Below, one piece after another: positions 18,462 to 28,581 of a DNA stretch of 64,000 nucleotides. Source of the stretch: Parcubacteria group bacterium (GTDB taxonomy: Bacteria; Patescibacteriota; Minisyncoccia; Phycocordibacterales; Zambryskibacteraceae); assembly GCA_028286565.1 (NCBI GenBank), contig JAQBRH010000002.1, forward strand, positions 81,876 through 145,875, written 5' to 3'. The number at the start of each line of letters is the position of its first letter. Position 1 is the stretch's first letter. A program made the position numbers and the translations under genes. The notes below the pieces were generated by a model. That model saw only the letters and a list, made by a program, of their open reading frames with translations. It was not told the DNA's origin and ran no database searches.

Positions 18462-19564
18462 GCGCGTTTGATGGTTTGGGTCTTAGAGATGGAAAGCACG
18501 ATGCCGACCTCGAGAAGGGTGATGAAAAGTGAGGTTCCTCCGTGCGATACGAACGGCAAGGTGATGCCCGAGAGAGGAAGGACGCCCAGCATGGCTCCGA
18601 TATTCACGAAAGCTTGGGCTCCGATCATTATAACAATTCCGACGACGGTCAGTCTACCGAAGAGGTCCGGGACCCTGGAGGCGATCTTCAAGCCTCTGGT
18701 GACGAACAATACATAGAGGATGACAAGAACGGATGCTCCGACAAAGCCGAACTCCTCCGCTTCGACCGCAAATATCGAGTCCCCGATCGGTTCCGGGAGG
18801 AAATTGAACTTCTGGACGCTTTGGCCGAATCCCCTGCCGAACATGCCACCCGAGCCTATGGCGATCAGGGATTGCTGGATCTGATACGACGAGCCCTGGC
18901 CGTTCGCCGCCGGATGGATGAACGTGTTGATGCGCTGCATGACGTAGGGACGAGTAAAGGCAAGGAGAGCGAGGCCGAGCGCTCCGGCCACGGCAAGAGA
19001 AAGGATGTATCTCCACTTCCCTCCCGCCGCGAGGAAGATGGCTACGCCGGAGAACACCACCATCATGAACGTATCCGTGTCCGGCTGCTTCAGCAACAAT
19101 CCTCCGCAGACAAGGAACAAAAGTAAGAGAGGTGCGAATCCGTATTTAAATGTTTGCATCTTATTCTTCATGCCTGAAGCCCAGGCGGCAAAGTAAACAA
19201 CGAACGCGAGCTTCAAAAGCTCTGACGGCTGGACGGATAATCCTCCGATGATGAACCAGCGGCGCGCTCCTCCGTGTTCGAAGCCGATACCGGGGATAAG
19301 GACGAGAACGTTCAGCAGAACGGCCAAGATCATGAGGTAAAAGGCGTATTTCTTCCAGATCTTGTAGTCGAGCCTTGAGGTAAAGATCATGGCAAGCGAC
19401 CCAAGAAAGAGCCCGAGCACCGTTTGAGAGAAAGCCACGGAGGAATACTCGGCGCCGCTTCGAGCCAGAAGTCCCAAAGAAGCGGAGCTAAAAATAAAAA
19501 ACCCCGCGACCATGAGGATGATGACGGAGAGAAGATACGGCTTGTCTACTTTCCACTTTTTCAT
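18458..19564 (-). CDS. ftsW: SEDS peptidoglycan polymerase FtsW
   Basis: GARRW, QPSE, QPD, GITLPFVSHGGTS; located between mraY and murG. Confidence 0.93.
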   Translation of the reverse strand: MKKWKVDKPYLLSVIILMVAGFFIFSSASLGLLARSGAEYSSVAFSQTVLGLFLGSLAMIFTSRLDYKIWKKYAFYLMILAVLLNVLVLIPGIGFEHGGARRWFIIGGLSVQPSELLKLAFVVYFAAWASGMKNKMQTFKYGFAPLLLLFLVCGGLLLKQPDTDTFMMVVFSGVAIFLAAGGKWRYILSLAVAGALGLALLAFTRPYVMQRINTFIHPAANGQGSSYQIQQSLIAIGSGGMFGRGFGQSVQKFNFLPEPIGDSIFAVEAEEFGFVGASVLVILYVLFVTRGLKIASRVPDLFGRLTVVGIVIMIGAQAFVNIGAMLGVLPLSGITLPFVSHGGTSLFITLLEVGIVLSISKTQTIKRA

Positions 19565-19597
19565 ACGTGGATTATAGCACGGTGATTTTTGATATAT

Positions 19598-19624
19598 AAA
19601 AACCCCGGCTTCCTTGAAGCGGGG
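19598..19624 (-). terminator. Intrinsic terminator of orphan 19625..19960
   Basis: Minus strand CCCCGCTTC-AAG-GAAGCCGGGG-TTTTT. Confidence 0.7.
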
Positions 19625-19960
19625 CTACTCGGGCGAGAGGCCGGTGATCCTCTGCCACTTCACGATCAGGTTGTCGACGCTCGGGCGGCCGCGGATCTGC
19701 CTGAGGTCACGAATGCAGGCAAGGACGATCTCCCGCATCCGGCGGGCTCCCGGATCGTTTCCGGGCGCGGAGTGATCCTTGAACTGATGGAACCACAGCT
19801 CGATGTTCTCGGACGTGACGTTCGGCAGTGTGACCCTGCCACCAGCTTCCTCGTAGAACTTCATGAGCATTTCCGCATTGTGCGGAGTGAAGCTCTCATA
19901 CTGGAACATGCCGCAGAGGACGGAATAGAACTGGTAGACCGGGTTTTCCTGGGTCTGCAT
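19625..19960 (-). CDS. Hypothetical protein (orphan cassette between mraY and ftsW)
   Basis: TTGACA..CAGAAT promoter directly after the mraY stop, AGGT before ATG 19960, own terminator. Confidence 0.65.
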   Translation of the reverse strand: MQTQENPVYQFYSVLCGMFQYESFTPHNAEMLMKFYEEAGGRVTLPNVTSENIELWFHQFKDHSAPGNDPGARRMREIVLACIRDLRQIRGRPSVDNLIVKWQRITGLSPE

Positions 19961-20023
19961 GGGGCACCTGGCGAGAGTAAAAAGAACCTGGACTAATTCT
20001 GCATTAAAAGGCCAATTTGTCAA

Positions 20024-21106
20024 TTAGCCGATGAGGGCGAGGACCATGCCGAGGAGCGCGGACATCACGCCAAGGATCCAGTAGCGCATGGTCACTTTAT
20101 AGGCCGGCCAGCCGAGGGCTTCGAAGTGGTGATGGAGCGGAGCGACCAATAAAACCTTTTTACCCTGCCTGAACTTTTTTGAAAGCACTTGGACGATGAC
20201 CGAGAGCGAGGTGATGACAAGCGGAAAGGCAATGATCGGAAGGATGATCACGCCGTAGCCGTGCCCGAGGGTGTCCGTCATGAAGGCCACTACCGCAAGG
20301 GTGATGGTGAGCCCCATCGAACCCGTTTCTGTCATATAGAATCTCGCAGGAGGAATGTTGTACCAGAGGAAGGCGAGGATCCCTCCGACGATCACAAAGC
20401 AAAACGCCGAGAGGTTGATCTGCTGCTGATAGAATGCGATGCCTCCGTAGGCTGCGAACATCGAGGCGAAGATCCCGCCGGAAAGTCCGTCGAGCCCGTC
20501 GATCACTCCTCCGGAGTAGATAGCGAGAGTGACAAGGACGAAGAACGGGATGAAGAGAGGCCCAGCGTCGAATATTCCCCACCCTGTTGGAAGGCCAACC
20601 GTATGCACGCCGAGCTTCACATAGAACCACACGGCGGTGGCCAGGGCGATCAGGGCGACGATAAGGAGGCGCTTGCCAAGCGAGAGTCCGCCGGCTTTAT
20701 AATCCCCGCTTCCTTTGATCTCCATGAGGTCGTCGATGAGGCCGACGACGGCGCCGAGAGCGAGGGTAAAGAGCGGGATCCATGTTTGATTCCTTGAAAG
20801 AAGATCAAGCTTCGAAAGCGTGACCGAACCCGGGAAGATCTGCTCGAGGACCCATGCGCCGAGGACTGTGACGATGACGGAGAACCAGATGACGATCCCG
20901 CCCATTCGCGGAGTGCCGGTGTCCTTCAATTTATGAAGCTCGTTGAAGATCGGCGTTCCCCCGCCGCCGATGCCTGCGGACTTGCCGGACTTTTTCTTCC
21001 ACATCTCATGCTTGTAGAGATAGTTCGTGAGCACAGGGGCAAAGAGGATCCCGACGACGAAGGAGATGACCGGTGGAATAAAGACTTTGACAACGTCGAT
21101 CAGCAT
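20024..21106 (-). CDS. mraY: Phospho-N-acetylmuramoyl-pentapeptide transferase
   Basis: TPRMGG, GLIDD, DGLDGL, APLHHHFE. Confidence 0.95.
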   Translation of the reverse strand: MLIDVVKVFIPPVISFVVGILFAPVLTNYLYKHEMWKKKSGKSAGIGGGGTPIFNELHKLKDTGTPRMGGIVIWFSVIVTVLGAWVLEQIFPGSVTLSKLDLLSRNQTWIPLFTLALGAVVGLIDDLMEIKGSGDYKAGGLSLGKRLLIVALIALATAVWFYVKLGVHTVGLPTGWGIFDAGPLFIPFFVLVTLAIYSGGVIDGLDGLSGGIFASMFAAYGGIAFYQQQINLSAFCFVIVGGILAFLWYNIPPARFYMTETGSMGLTITLAVVAFMTDTLGHGYGVIILPIIAFPLVITSLSVIVQVLSKKFRQGKKVLLVAPLHHHFEALGWPAYKVTMRYWILGVMSALLGMVLALIG

Positions 21107-21120
21107 AGGGAAAGTATAAG

Positions 21121-22098
21121 CTATTTTTGGATTTCTTCCGAGAGTGTCTTGAAGGTCGCCTCGACAAGCTGGGAGACATCGGTGAACCGCTCATCGGCCG
21201 TAGATCCGAGAACAGAGATGATGATCGGCCTCCCGAGCTCGGGATCAAAAGCGATCACCAGGTTCCCGCCGGCGAGGTCGGTGAATCCGGTCTTTGAAGC
21301 CTTGATGCCCGGGATGTTGGCCACGATGGTGTCGGTGTTGTGGGCGGTATGAATAAAGTTGTCGAGGCTCTGGAGGCGGACGGTCTCGTTTCTCGTGGCG
21401 TCGAGAAGTTCCGGGTGGTTCTTTAATATATATGTCAGGAGTTTGGCCATGTCTTCGGCGCTCCCATAGGCTCCTCCTTTGCCCACTGATTCGCCCGCCT
21501 GCGCTGGCAGGTCGAGGCCCGTCTCATTAAAATAGTACGTGTTCTTCATATGGAGATCGTCCGCTTTCTTGTTCATGTTCGCGATGAAATCCTGCTCGGC
21601 TTCGAACTGAGTCGGATTTGTCTTATGTATCGCGCCGAGAGCGAGAGCTACTGCCTTGGTCCCGTCGTTCGAAGAGCTTGTAAGGGCGAAGTCGAGAAGG
21701 TTTTTAAGGCTCCATCTCTCTCCGACTCGGAGTCCGCTGTCGCCGTCCGCGCTGATCGCTTCCTTGGTGACGACTATGACGCTGTCTCCCGGTGCCAGGT
21801 CCGTGGCCACCACCGCGCTCATCACTTTCGTAAGGGATGCAAGCGGCAGGCGGGCGGAGGCGTTCTTGGCGAAAAGAACATTCCCGGTGCGGGCGTCGTA
21901 CACATAGGCGGCTTTGGCTTTGAGATCGAGATCTTCAAAATAATTCGTCACTACTCGCGACGGCACTGAGTTCCCTCCCCGATCTACCGTATGGCCCGAG
22001 AGTCCCGTGATGATAATGAGAGCCACCAGGACGAGCGCAAGCGCGCCGAAAAAGCGCAGTTCTGTCTTATTGGTGAGTAGCGGTTCGTGAATGGTCAT
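21121..22098 (-). CDS. D-alanyl-D-alanine carboxypeptidase (S11)
   Basis: ASLTK (SxxK), SSN, KTGFT; N-terminal TM. Confidence 0.9.
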   Translation of the reverse strand: MTIHEPLLTNKTELRFFGALALVLVALIIITGLSGHTVDRGGNSVPSRVVTNYFEDLDLKAKAAYVYDARTGNVLFAKNASARLPLASLTKVMSAVVATDLAPGDSVIVVTKEAISADGDSGLRVGERWSLKNLLDFALTSSSNDGTKAVALALGAIHKTNPTQFEAEQDFIANMNKKADDLHMKNTYYFNETGLDLPAQAGESVGKGGAYGSAEDMAKLLTYILKNHPELLDATRNETVRLQSLDNFIHTAHNTDTIVANIPGIKASKTGFTDLAGGNLVIAFDPELGRPIIISVLGSTADERFTDVSQLVEATFKTLSEEIQK

Positions 22099-22646
22099 GC
22101 GGGATCTTTCTCTTCTTCCTTTTCTGATCGAGCAAATGCTTCAAGCTTTTCAAATCCGAGGCTGAATTCGGGCAAGTCTTCTTTCTTTTGAACACCGAGG
22201 AATCTAAAAAGTTCGAGCGTGGGCTTGTAGCTAAAGCTTCGTTCTCCCGTTTCGCCTGTTGCCTTCTCTATGAGGCCTCGGACGAGGAGGTTTCGCACGA
22301 TAAAGCCGGAGTTCACTCCTCGGATATAGTCTATTTCTCGGCGGGAGACGGGGCCTTTGTAGAGGACGATGGCCAGCGTCTCGAGGCCCGCTCGGCCGAG
22401 GTCGCGCGAGAATTCTTCTTTCTGAAGCTTCTCAATGAGGATCGAAAGCTCGGGGTTCGTACCGAGAGTGATCTTCTCTCCGTCCGTGACGATGACCATG
22501 CCGCGGTGTGTATAGAAAGCTTGGAGGGCCGAAATGGCGCTCCGGATCTTTTCAGGCGACTCGTCCAGAGACTTTGAAAGTTCGCTTACCGTCACGGGTT
22601 CGTTCTTGAAAAGGAGGGTAGCTTCTATTTTGTGCTCGAGGTTCAT
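22095..22646 (-). CDS. scpB: SMC segregation/condensation protein B
   Basis: LETLAIVLYKGPVSRREIDYIRGVNS. Confidence 0.95.
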   Translation of the reverse strand: MNLEHKIEATLLFKNEPVTVSELSKSLDESPEKIRSAISALQAFYTHRGMVIVTDGEKITLGTNPELSILIEKLQKEEFSRDLGRAGLETLAIVLYKGPVSRREIDYIRGVNSGFIVRNLLVRGLIEKATGETGERSFSYKPTLELFRFLGVQKKEDLPEFSLGFEKLEAFARSEKEEEKDPA

Positions 22647-22655
22647 GGGGTTCTA

Positions 22656-23408
22656 TTATACATAGTTAGGCACACCAAGCGATTCGGTTTCCATGTGGAT
22701 CTCTCCCCTGCCCTCCTGGCTTACCTTGATGGCTCCGCGCTTTACGAGCTCGAGCATAGCGAGGAAGCCGACGATGATCGAGACCTTTTTCTCGTGGCTC
22801 ATCTCGCCTTTTGCACCATAGTGCTCGCTGAACTTTATCTTGATGCCTTTGGACACGCGTTCGGCGAGCTTCTCGATCGTTTCTTCGAGACTGATCATCT
22901 TTTTGACCAAGGCTTTGGGCACTACTTCCTTTTTGGGCAGGGATTCGATGATCCTGTTCAGTGCACCGTGAAGTTCGGAGAGGTTCGTCTTTAAGTCCGG
23001 AGAAAAGACCACGGCCCGGTTCTTGCTCGGCGACTTTTCAAAAATAATATGTTTGCCGAACAGCTTTTTTACTTCTATAGAAAGCTCCTTGGCACGGGCA
23101 TAGAGAGCCAGCCGCTTTTCGAGGTCCTCGATCGACGCTTCCTCTTCTTCGGTTAGGGTAAGCATGGGGAGGAGCGAGCGCGACTTCACGAGCATGAGAG
23201 TCGAGGCTATAACGATGAACTCGGCGCTCTCTCCGATCGGGAACTCGTCGTGCGCTTCTATATATTTGATAAAGTCGTCCGTTACTTCGGCGAGCGAAAC
23301 GTCGTTCACAAAAAGCTTCCTTTTCTCCACGAGATCGAGCAAAAGGTCGAGAGGGCCTTCGAACACCCCGGTTTTCACTGTGTAATTGAGAGTATCCACG
23401 TCTGACAA
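22656..23408 (-). CDS. scpA: SMC kleisin ScpA
   Basis: FEGPLDLLL, KSRSLLP, FLAMLELVK; start may be GTG 23399. Confidence 0.95.
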   Translation of the reverse strand: MSDVDTLNYTVKTGVFEGPLDLLLDLVEKRKLFVNDVSLAEVTDDFIKYIEAHDEFPIGESAEFIVIASTLMLVKSRSLLPMLTLTEEEEASIEDLEKRLALYARAKELSIEVKKLFGKHIIFEKSPSKNRAVVFSPDLKTNLSELHGALNRIIESLPKKEVVPKALVKKMISLEETIEKLAERVSKGIKIKFSEHYGAKGEMSHEKKVSIIVGFLAMLELVKRGAIKVSQEGRGEIHMETESLGVPNYV

Positions 23409-23469
23409 GTATAGCTTTTTAGGCCTATTTTTCCAATAAAAAAGACCCGCATGCGTTGCATGGGGCCGC

Positions 23470-23499
23470 TGGCCGGCGAGGCTTATTCCTCGCCGGCCA
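23470..23499. repeat. Perfect 12-bp-stem hairpin followed (minus strand) by a second terminator-like hairpin
   Basis: TGGCCGGCGAGG-CTTATT-CCTCGCCGGCCA. Confidence 0.75.
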
Positions 23500-23510
23500 A
23501 TTCAGTTTTA

Positions 23511-24269
23511 CTACTGCAGATTCGGGTTGGCACTACGTGCCGCCGAGATGTCCGCGTACAAGCCACACTTGACCTGTACGCTGTACACCTTCTGCGGAAC
23601 CACTCCTGCATCGAAGCCGTCTGCGCGACTGGCCTGCTCAACCACTCCCATGCTGCTCGCGAACGTGATGCTGTCGTTGCCGACGCACGTCATGTTGTAG
23701 ATCCGGCGCGTGAGGACGAAGTGCCCGACGTTTTTGTCCGCCGGGAACTCCTTCTTGATGTTCACGAATGTCGCCGTGGTGCTGAGTCTCTCGAAAGTCG
23801 CCTTTTGGAAGCCGAAACTCGGATTGGTACGCGAGTATTCAGAGATCGTGAGGAGAATCTCGGAAGCGCTCTCGATCCTGATGCCGGGGTGCTTGCCGGC
23901 GTCGATCGGTGCCCAGTCTGTGGCGAACGAGTAGGTAGCCTTTGAGGTGCCATTGCTCTCACTGCCCCCCGTTCCGTAAGGAATGAGGGCGAGCGGAAAC
24001 TTGGTACCGGAGGGCGCGATGAAGCTGTAGGAGCTTCTCGTGTCAGTCGCGACCGGCGTGAGGTTCAGTTGCCAGTCGCTGCTGTCGATTGGACTCAGAC
24101 CCGTGTGGATGCCGGTCCAGTAGTTCTGGGGGCCGACGGCGGCGGTTGAGACAGTCATGACAGCCGTCTGGTTCGGAGAGACACGCTCTGGAGCGACGAG
24201 TGAATCGGAGCTACAGGCGGCGATGCTGAAGACGAAGATGGAGGCGACGAGGAAGCGAGGGGTCTTCAT
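23511..24269 (-). CDS. Putative lipoprotein (orphan cassette)
   Basis: MKTPRFLVASIFVFSIAAC lipobox-like signal; AGGA upstream. Confidence 0.75.
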   Translation of the reverse strand: MKTPRFLVASIFVFSIAACSSDSLVAPERVSPNQTAVMTVSTAAVGPQNYWTGIHTGLSPIDSSDWQLNLTPVATDTRSSYSFIAPSGTKFPLALIPYGTGGSESNGTSKATYSFATDWAPIDAGKHPGIRIESASEILLTISEYSRTNPSFGFQKATFERLSTTATFVNIKKEFPADKNVGHFVLTRRIYNMTCVGNDSITFASSMGVVEQASRADGFDAGVVPQKVYSVQVKCGLYADISAARSANPNLQ

Positions 24270-24328
24270 GAGAAGGTTCCTGTGTCTGAATTGTATGAGG
24301 CAAAGTTGCCTCGGTGCTATCTTTATAT

Positions 24329-24357
24329 ATACTAGCACACTACATAGTTATTGTCAA
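24329..24357 (-). promoter_or_regulatory. Sigma70 promoter of the lipoprotein gene
   Basis: TTGACA-17 nt-TAGTAT with TG extension. Confidence 0.75.
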
Positions 24358-24370
24358 TAGCTAAAATAGC

Positions 24371-25666
24371 TTATGGATTAAGACGTTTTACATCTCTTGG
24401 GAGATAAGTAGCTTCTCGGACGTTCGGGAGGTCGAGGATCTTCATGATGAATCTGCCCGGGCCGATGCCCGCTCCACCGTGCGGAGGTACGCCGAATCTA
24501 AAGAAGTTCAGGTAATCCTTGAGTGGTTCGAGATCCATCCCCTTCTCCGCCGACTGTTTCTCGAGGATGTCGATCCTGTGTTCACGCTGAGCGAGGGTGG
24601 TCACTTCGATGCCTTTGTACAAAAGGTCCGCGCGTCGCGAGTGATCCGAGCCTTCTTCGAGGCGCATATGATAGAACGCTGATTTGGATTTGTGGTATTC
24701 ATGGATGAAGACAAAGTCATGATCATGTTTCTCCTTCACGTATTCGCTGATAGCTCGCTCTTCTTCAGGCGAGAGGTCATGCTCTTCTCCGCTCTCGATC
24801 CCTCGCTCTTTTAAAATAGCTTTGGCTTCGACCATGGTAATGCGTGGGAACGGCTGTGAGGGAACGGTGAGGCCAAGTTCGGGGAAGGCATCGTTCACCG
24901 CTTTAAAACCGGAGATGATCATCCCCTCTTCCGCATCCATCACATCATGATGAGACTCGACGTAGGCCATCTCGAAGTCCCAGCCGGTGAATTCGGTAAG
25001 GTGGCGGGTAGTGAACGATTCCTCGGCGCGAAACACCGGCCCGACCATGAAGACCTTTTCGAATCCCGAGGCGATGCCCATCTGTTTGTAGAACTGAGGA
25101 GACTGAGCGAGGTAGGCTTTCCTATCAAAATAATTTACTTCGAAGACTTCGGCCCCAGTTTCGGATGGAGTGCTCATGAACGACGGAGAATAGAGCTGGG
25201 TGAATCCTTCTTCGTCCCAATATTTTCTCCAGCCTTTCTCGAAGGCGGTCCAGACTTTGAATATCTTCGCCTTCTCAGGTTTTCTGAGGTCGATCCATCG
25301 GTGATCAAATCGGACGGGGGCCTCCGTCTCTTCTCCGCCCTTGATGGTGACGACAGGGATCGGAAGTTCCGGCGCAGCAGCAGAAAGCACTTCGATGTTC
25401 TCCACTTGGATCTCGACTCCGCCGGGAGCATTTGCTTCAGCCTTAGCCGTACCTGACATACGGACGACCGATTCGGTAGAAAGTCCTTTGGCCGTTTCGA
25501 AGGCGGGGCTATCGGCCATGACGACTCCTTGGATGGTCCCTGTTGTATCGCGGACAACGACGAAGGCGATCTTTGATTGGGCGCGGATAGCCTGGACGAA
25601 ACCTTGCACAGTTACCGATTCGCCGGCTTTTTGTAGAATTTCTTTGGTGGGGGTTGCTTTAAGCAT
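24371..25666 (-). CDS. aspS: Aspartate--tRNA(Asp/Asn) ligase, archaeal-type non-discriminating
   Basis: 431 aa with no GAD insert; LAQSPQFYKQ, FRAE, PPHGGAGIG, PRD. Confidence 0.9.
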   Translation of the reverse strand: MLKATPTKEILQKAGESVTVQGFVQAIRAQSKIAFVVVRDTTGTIQGVVMADSPAFETAKGLSTESVVRMSGTAKAEANAPGGVEIQVENIEVLSAAAPELPIPVVTIKGGEETEAPVRFDHRWIDLRKPEKAKIFKVWTAFEKGWRKYWDEEGFTQLYSPSFMSTPSETGAEVFEVNYFDRKAYLAQSPQFYKQMGIASGFEKVFMVGPVFRAEESFTTRHLTEFTGWDFEMAYVESHHDVMDAEEGMIISGFKAVNDAFPELGLTVPSQPFPRITMVEAKAILKERGIESGEEHDLSPEEERAISEYVKEKHDHDFVFIHEYHKSKSAFYHMRLEEGSDHSRRADLLYKGIEVTTLAQREHRIDILEKQSAEKGMDLEPLKDYLNFFRFGVPPHGGAGIGPGRFIMKILDLPNVREATYLPRDVKRLNP

Positions 25667-26609
25667 GATGTATCAATCCTACCTTATTTCGCACGTCGAT
25701 CATCTTATCGTGAATTATCTTTCGCATCTTGAGGCCTCCTTCAGTAATGATCTTCTTCACTTCGTCCGGCTTCCCTTCCCATTCCTTTCTCCTCTCTCGC
25801 ATCGGACCGATAAAGGCTTTGAGGTCTTCAGCCAGGGCTTCTTTGAGATCCTTATACTTGCCTTTCTTTTCTTCGTAGAGCGCATCGAGGTCGGCTTTGT
25901 CTTTGATCAAGGCGTGGATCGCATAGACATTCTCAGGTACTCCGGCGGCAGAGTCCGTGACGATCGACATCACCGCTTTATCTATCTCTTCGTCCGAGGC
26001 AAACAAAGGAATGGTGTTGTTGTAGCTCTTGCTCATCTTCTGTCCGTCGGTGCCTGGAGTAGCGGCCACAGACTCGAGGATAAGCGCCTCGGGCATTTTA
26101 AAGGTTTCTCCAAAGATCCGGTTGAACTTCTCGACGGTGTCGCGGGCGAATTCGACATGCTGTTTCTGGTCTTGTCCGACGGGTACGACATCCGCGTCGG
26201 GAGCGACGATGTCCGCAGCCATAAGGAGCGGATAATTGAAAACCCCGACGTTGATCTCTTTATTCTTGGCTTCGGCGTCCTTGAAGGCGTGCGCCCGCAT
26301 CAGGTACGGCATGGTAGTGAGGCATTCGAATATCCATGCGAGTTCGGCGAGGTGCGGGACATCCGACTGGAGGTAGAGCGTAGTCTTCTCCGGGTCAAGT
26401 CCTATCGCCAGGTAGTCGAGGACGACGTCGAACGAGTTTTGTTCCATCTCCTGCTTGTTCTGGATGGTGGTGAGGGCGTGGAGATTGGCCACAAAGATTC
26501 TGGACTCGTAATCTTCCTGGAGATCGGCGAACTGCTTCATCGCGCCGAAATAGTTGCCGATGTGCGGCCGCCCGGTCGGTTTTACCCCGGAAACTAGGAT
26601 CTTTTTCAT
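25659..26609 (-). CDS. trpS: Tryptophan--tRNA ligase
   Basis: SGVKPTGRPHIGNY, YPLLMAAD, VPVGQDQ, KMSKS. Confidence 0.97.
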   Translation of the reverse strand: MKKILVSGVKPTGRPHIGNYFGAMKQFADLQEDYESRIFVANLHALTTIQNKQEMEQNSFDVVLDYLAIGLDPEKTTLYLQSDVPHLAELAWIFECLTTMPYLMRAHAFKDAEAKNKEINVGVFNYPLLMAADIVAPDADVVPVGQDQKQHVEFARDTVEKFNRIFGETFKMPEALILESVAATPGTDGQKMSKSYNNTIPLFASDEEIDKAVMSIVTDSAAGVPENVYAIHALIKDKADLDALYEEKKGKYKDLKEALAEDLKAFIGPMRERRKEWEGKPDEVKKIITEGGLKMRKIIHDKMIDVRNKVGLIHHA

Positions 26610-26669
26610 ACTCATCACTGTATCAAGAAAACGGCCTTATTTGAAGCTGTAAATGCTATCCTGTCATCC

Positions 26670-26698
26670 TTGACTTTGTGCCCTAAAAGTGATATGAT
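26670..26698 (+). promoter_or_regulatory. Sigma70 promoter of the ABC transporter
   Basis: TTGACT-17 nt-TATGAT with TG extension. Confidence 0.75.
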
Positions 26699-26746
26699 AC
26701 AAGGCAGAAGCTCATTCTCATTAACCCAGTATCACAGGAGATCGGT

Positions 26747-28558
26747 GTGAAAGAATTTCGAGCAACGCTCAAAAGGATTGCGACTCTGTTTGCCCCTTTC
26801 AAGAGGCACCTGGTCGTCATTCTTCTTTTCCTCGCTGTGGCTGAATTCCTCGGCCTCGCATCCCCATTTCTTTTGGGTAAACTGGTCAACGGTCTTCAGT
26901 CGCACAAGCCGTTCAATGATCTGCTCGTGCTCGGCGCTCTCATGCTCGCTTCGTGGCTTACTGAGCTCATCGTGATGGTCAGCAAAGACGTCTACGAGTT
27001 CAAGCATGTCGCCTGGCAGGTCAACACCCATCTTACCGATCTTACGATCAAGAAGATCCTCACTCTGTCGATCGGGCAGCACAAGAGCCAGCACTCAGGC
27101 CTTACGCAGAGTGTGGTGAGCCAAGGACAGAACGCTGTACGCGAACTGGTGTGGCTTACTCTTTTTGTGGCCCTACCTCTCATGGCACGGCTGATAGTGG
27201 TAACTGCCGCCATCTTTTGGGTTCAGCATTTCGCCGGATCCATTATCCTAGGCGGAGTTATTGCCTACGGCGTGATCTCCTTTCGCGAGCAACAGAAAGT
27301 GTGGCCCAAGGTAAAGAAGGTGAACGACAAGAATCACCGTTCCAACAAGCACTTCTCCGAGATCCTGCGCAATACCAGTCTCATTCAAGTAAATTCGCAA
27401 GAAAGGCGGATGGCAGCTGAACACGGAAAAGGGCTGAAGGAGGTCTCTACCGAGTCGCAAAATCTCTGGATAGAATATGCCCATCGCAATGTGCCGCGGT
27501 ACGTCCTCCCCTATCTCTTGCGCTTCGTTGTCCTCATGATCGCCATTCAGTCGGTCTATGGTGGGCGTCATCCGTTTGGAGATTTGGTGGTCCTTGTCTA
27601 TTGGACCAATCAGGTCACGTCTGAACTGTGGATGATCGGGCGTTTGCAGAGACAGTGGATCGATCTCTCGGTGAACATGAAGAAGTACTTTGCCATCCTC
27701 GACATCGAGCCGATGGTGAAGGTGGTTCAAAACCCCGTCCGTATGGAAGGGCTGAAGGGGCGGATCGAGTTTAGGGATGTGGTATTCGCATACCCAACCA
27801 CTCGATACATCGAAGATGACCGCAAGGACAAGGATGCCGAGCTTGAAGAAGTGGTTTCTCATGGGCCGGCCTTGCGGAGCGTCAGCTTCGTCATCGAACA
27901 GGGCGAGAGCGTCGCATTTGTGGGCGCTTCCGGTGCTGGCAAGTCAACGATCATCAGTCTCTTGCTTCGAGGGTATGACCCCGATGAAGGGCAGATCCTC
28001 GTCGACACACATGACCTCAGGCTCGTTGACCTAAAGAGGTTTCGCGAGCAGGTTGGTCTCGTTGAGCAGAATGTAGTGCTTCTCGATAAGTCCCTTCGGG
28101 ACAATATCCTTTTCGGGCTTAACGGTCGCGCAAAGGATGTCACCGAAGAACGACTCGACGATCTGGCGCGTTCCTCTGCGATCGACCAGTTCCGTCATCG
28201 CCTTACCAAGGGCTGGGATACACGCATCGGCGAGAACGGAGTAGAACTGTCCGGTGGAGAGCGCCAAAGGGTCGGCATTGCAAGAGCCTTGATAAAGGAT
28301 CCTGCGGTGCTCGTCCTCGATGAGGCGACTTCAAGCCTCGATGCTGTAAATGAGCACCTGATCAAGGAAGCGGTTCGCACCGCCTCCAAGGGCCGCACCA
28401 CGATCATCATCGCCCACCGCCTTTCGACAGTTCGAGATGTGGACAAGATCTTCGTGATGAACAAAGGCCAGATAGTGGCCACTGGGCGTCACGAGGTTCT
28501 CTATCGTGAGTGTGAGATCTACAGAGAGCTTGTTGAAAAACAGCTCTTCGCAGTTTAA
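26747..28558 (+). CDS. ABC exporter, fused permease/ATPase (MsbA/Atm1-like)
   Basis: TM domain, GASGAGKST, LSGGERQR, LDEATSSLD, IAHRLST; AGGAG before GTG. Confidence 0.93.
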   Translation: MKEFRATLKRIATLFAPFKRHLVVILLFLAVAEFLGLASPFLLGKLVNGLQSHKPFNDLLVLGALMLASWLTELIVMVSKDVYEFKHVAWQVNTHLTDLTIKKILTLSIGQHKSQHSGLTQSVVSQGQNAVRELVWLTLFVALPLMARLIVVTAAIFWVQHFAGSIILGGVIAYGVISFREQQKVWPKVKKVNDKNHRSNKHFSEILRNTSLIQVNSQERRMAAEHGKGLKEVSTESQNLWIEYAHRNVPRYVLPYLLRFVVLMIAIQSVYGGRHPFGDLVVLVYWTNQVTSELWMIGRLQRQWIDLSVNMKKYFAILDIEPMVKVVQNPVRMEGLKGRIEFRDVVFAYPTTRYIEDDRKDKDAELEEVVSHGPALRSVSFVIEQGESVAFVGASGAGKSTIISLLLRGYDPDEGQILVDTHDLRLVDLKRFREQVGLVEQNVVLLDKSLRDNILFGLNGRAKDVTEERLDDLARSSAIDQFRHRLTKGWDTRIGENGVELSGGERQRVGIARALIKDPAVLVLDEATSSLDAVNEHLIKEAVRTASKGRTTIIIAHRLSTVRDVDKIFVMNKGQIVATGRHEVLYRECEIYRELVEKQLFAV

Positions 28559-28581
28559 ACAAATCGGTCTATAAAAAATGT

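Noticed and set aside
25341-26597. 418-aa plus-strand ORF
   Set aside because: Antisense shadow of trpS/aspS with no recognisable motifs; typical of high-GC3 coding DNA
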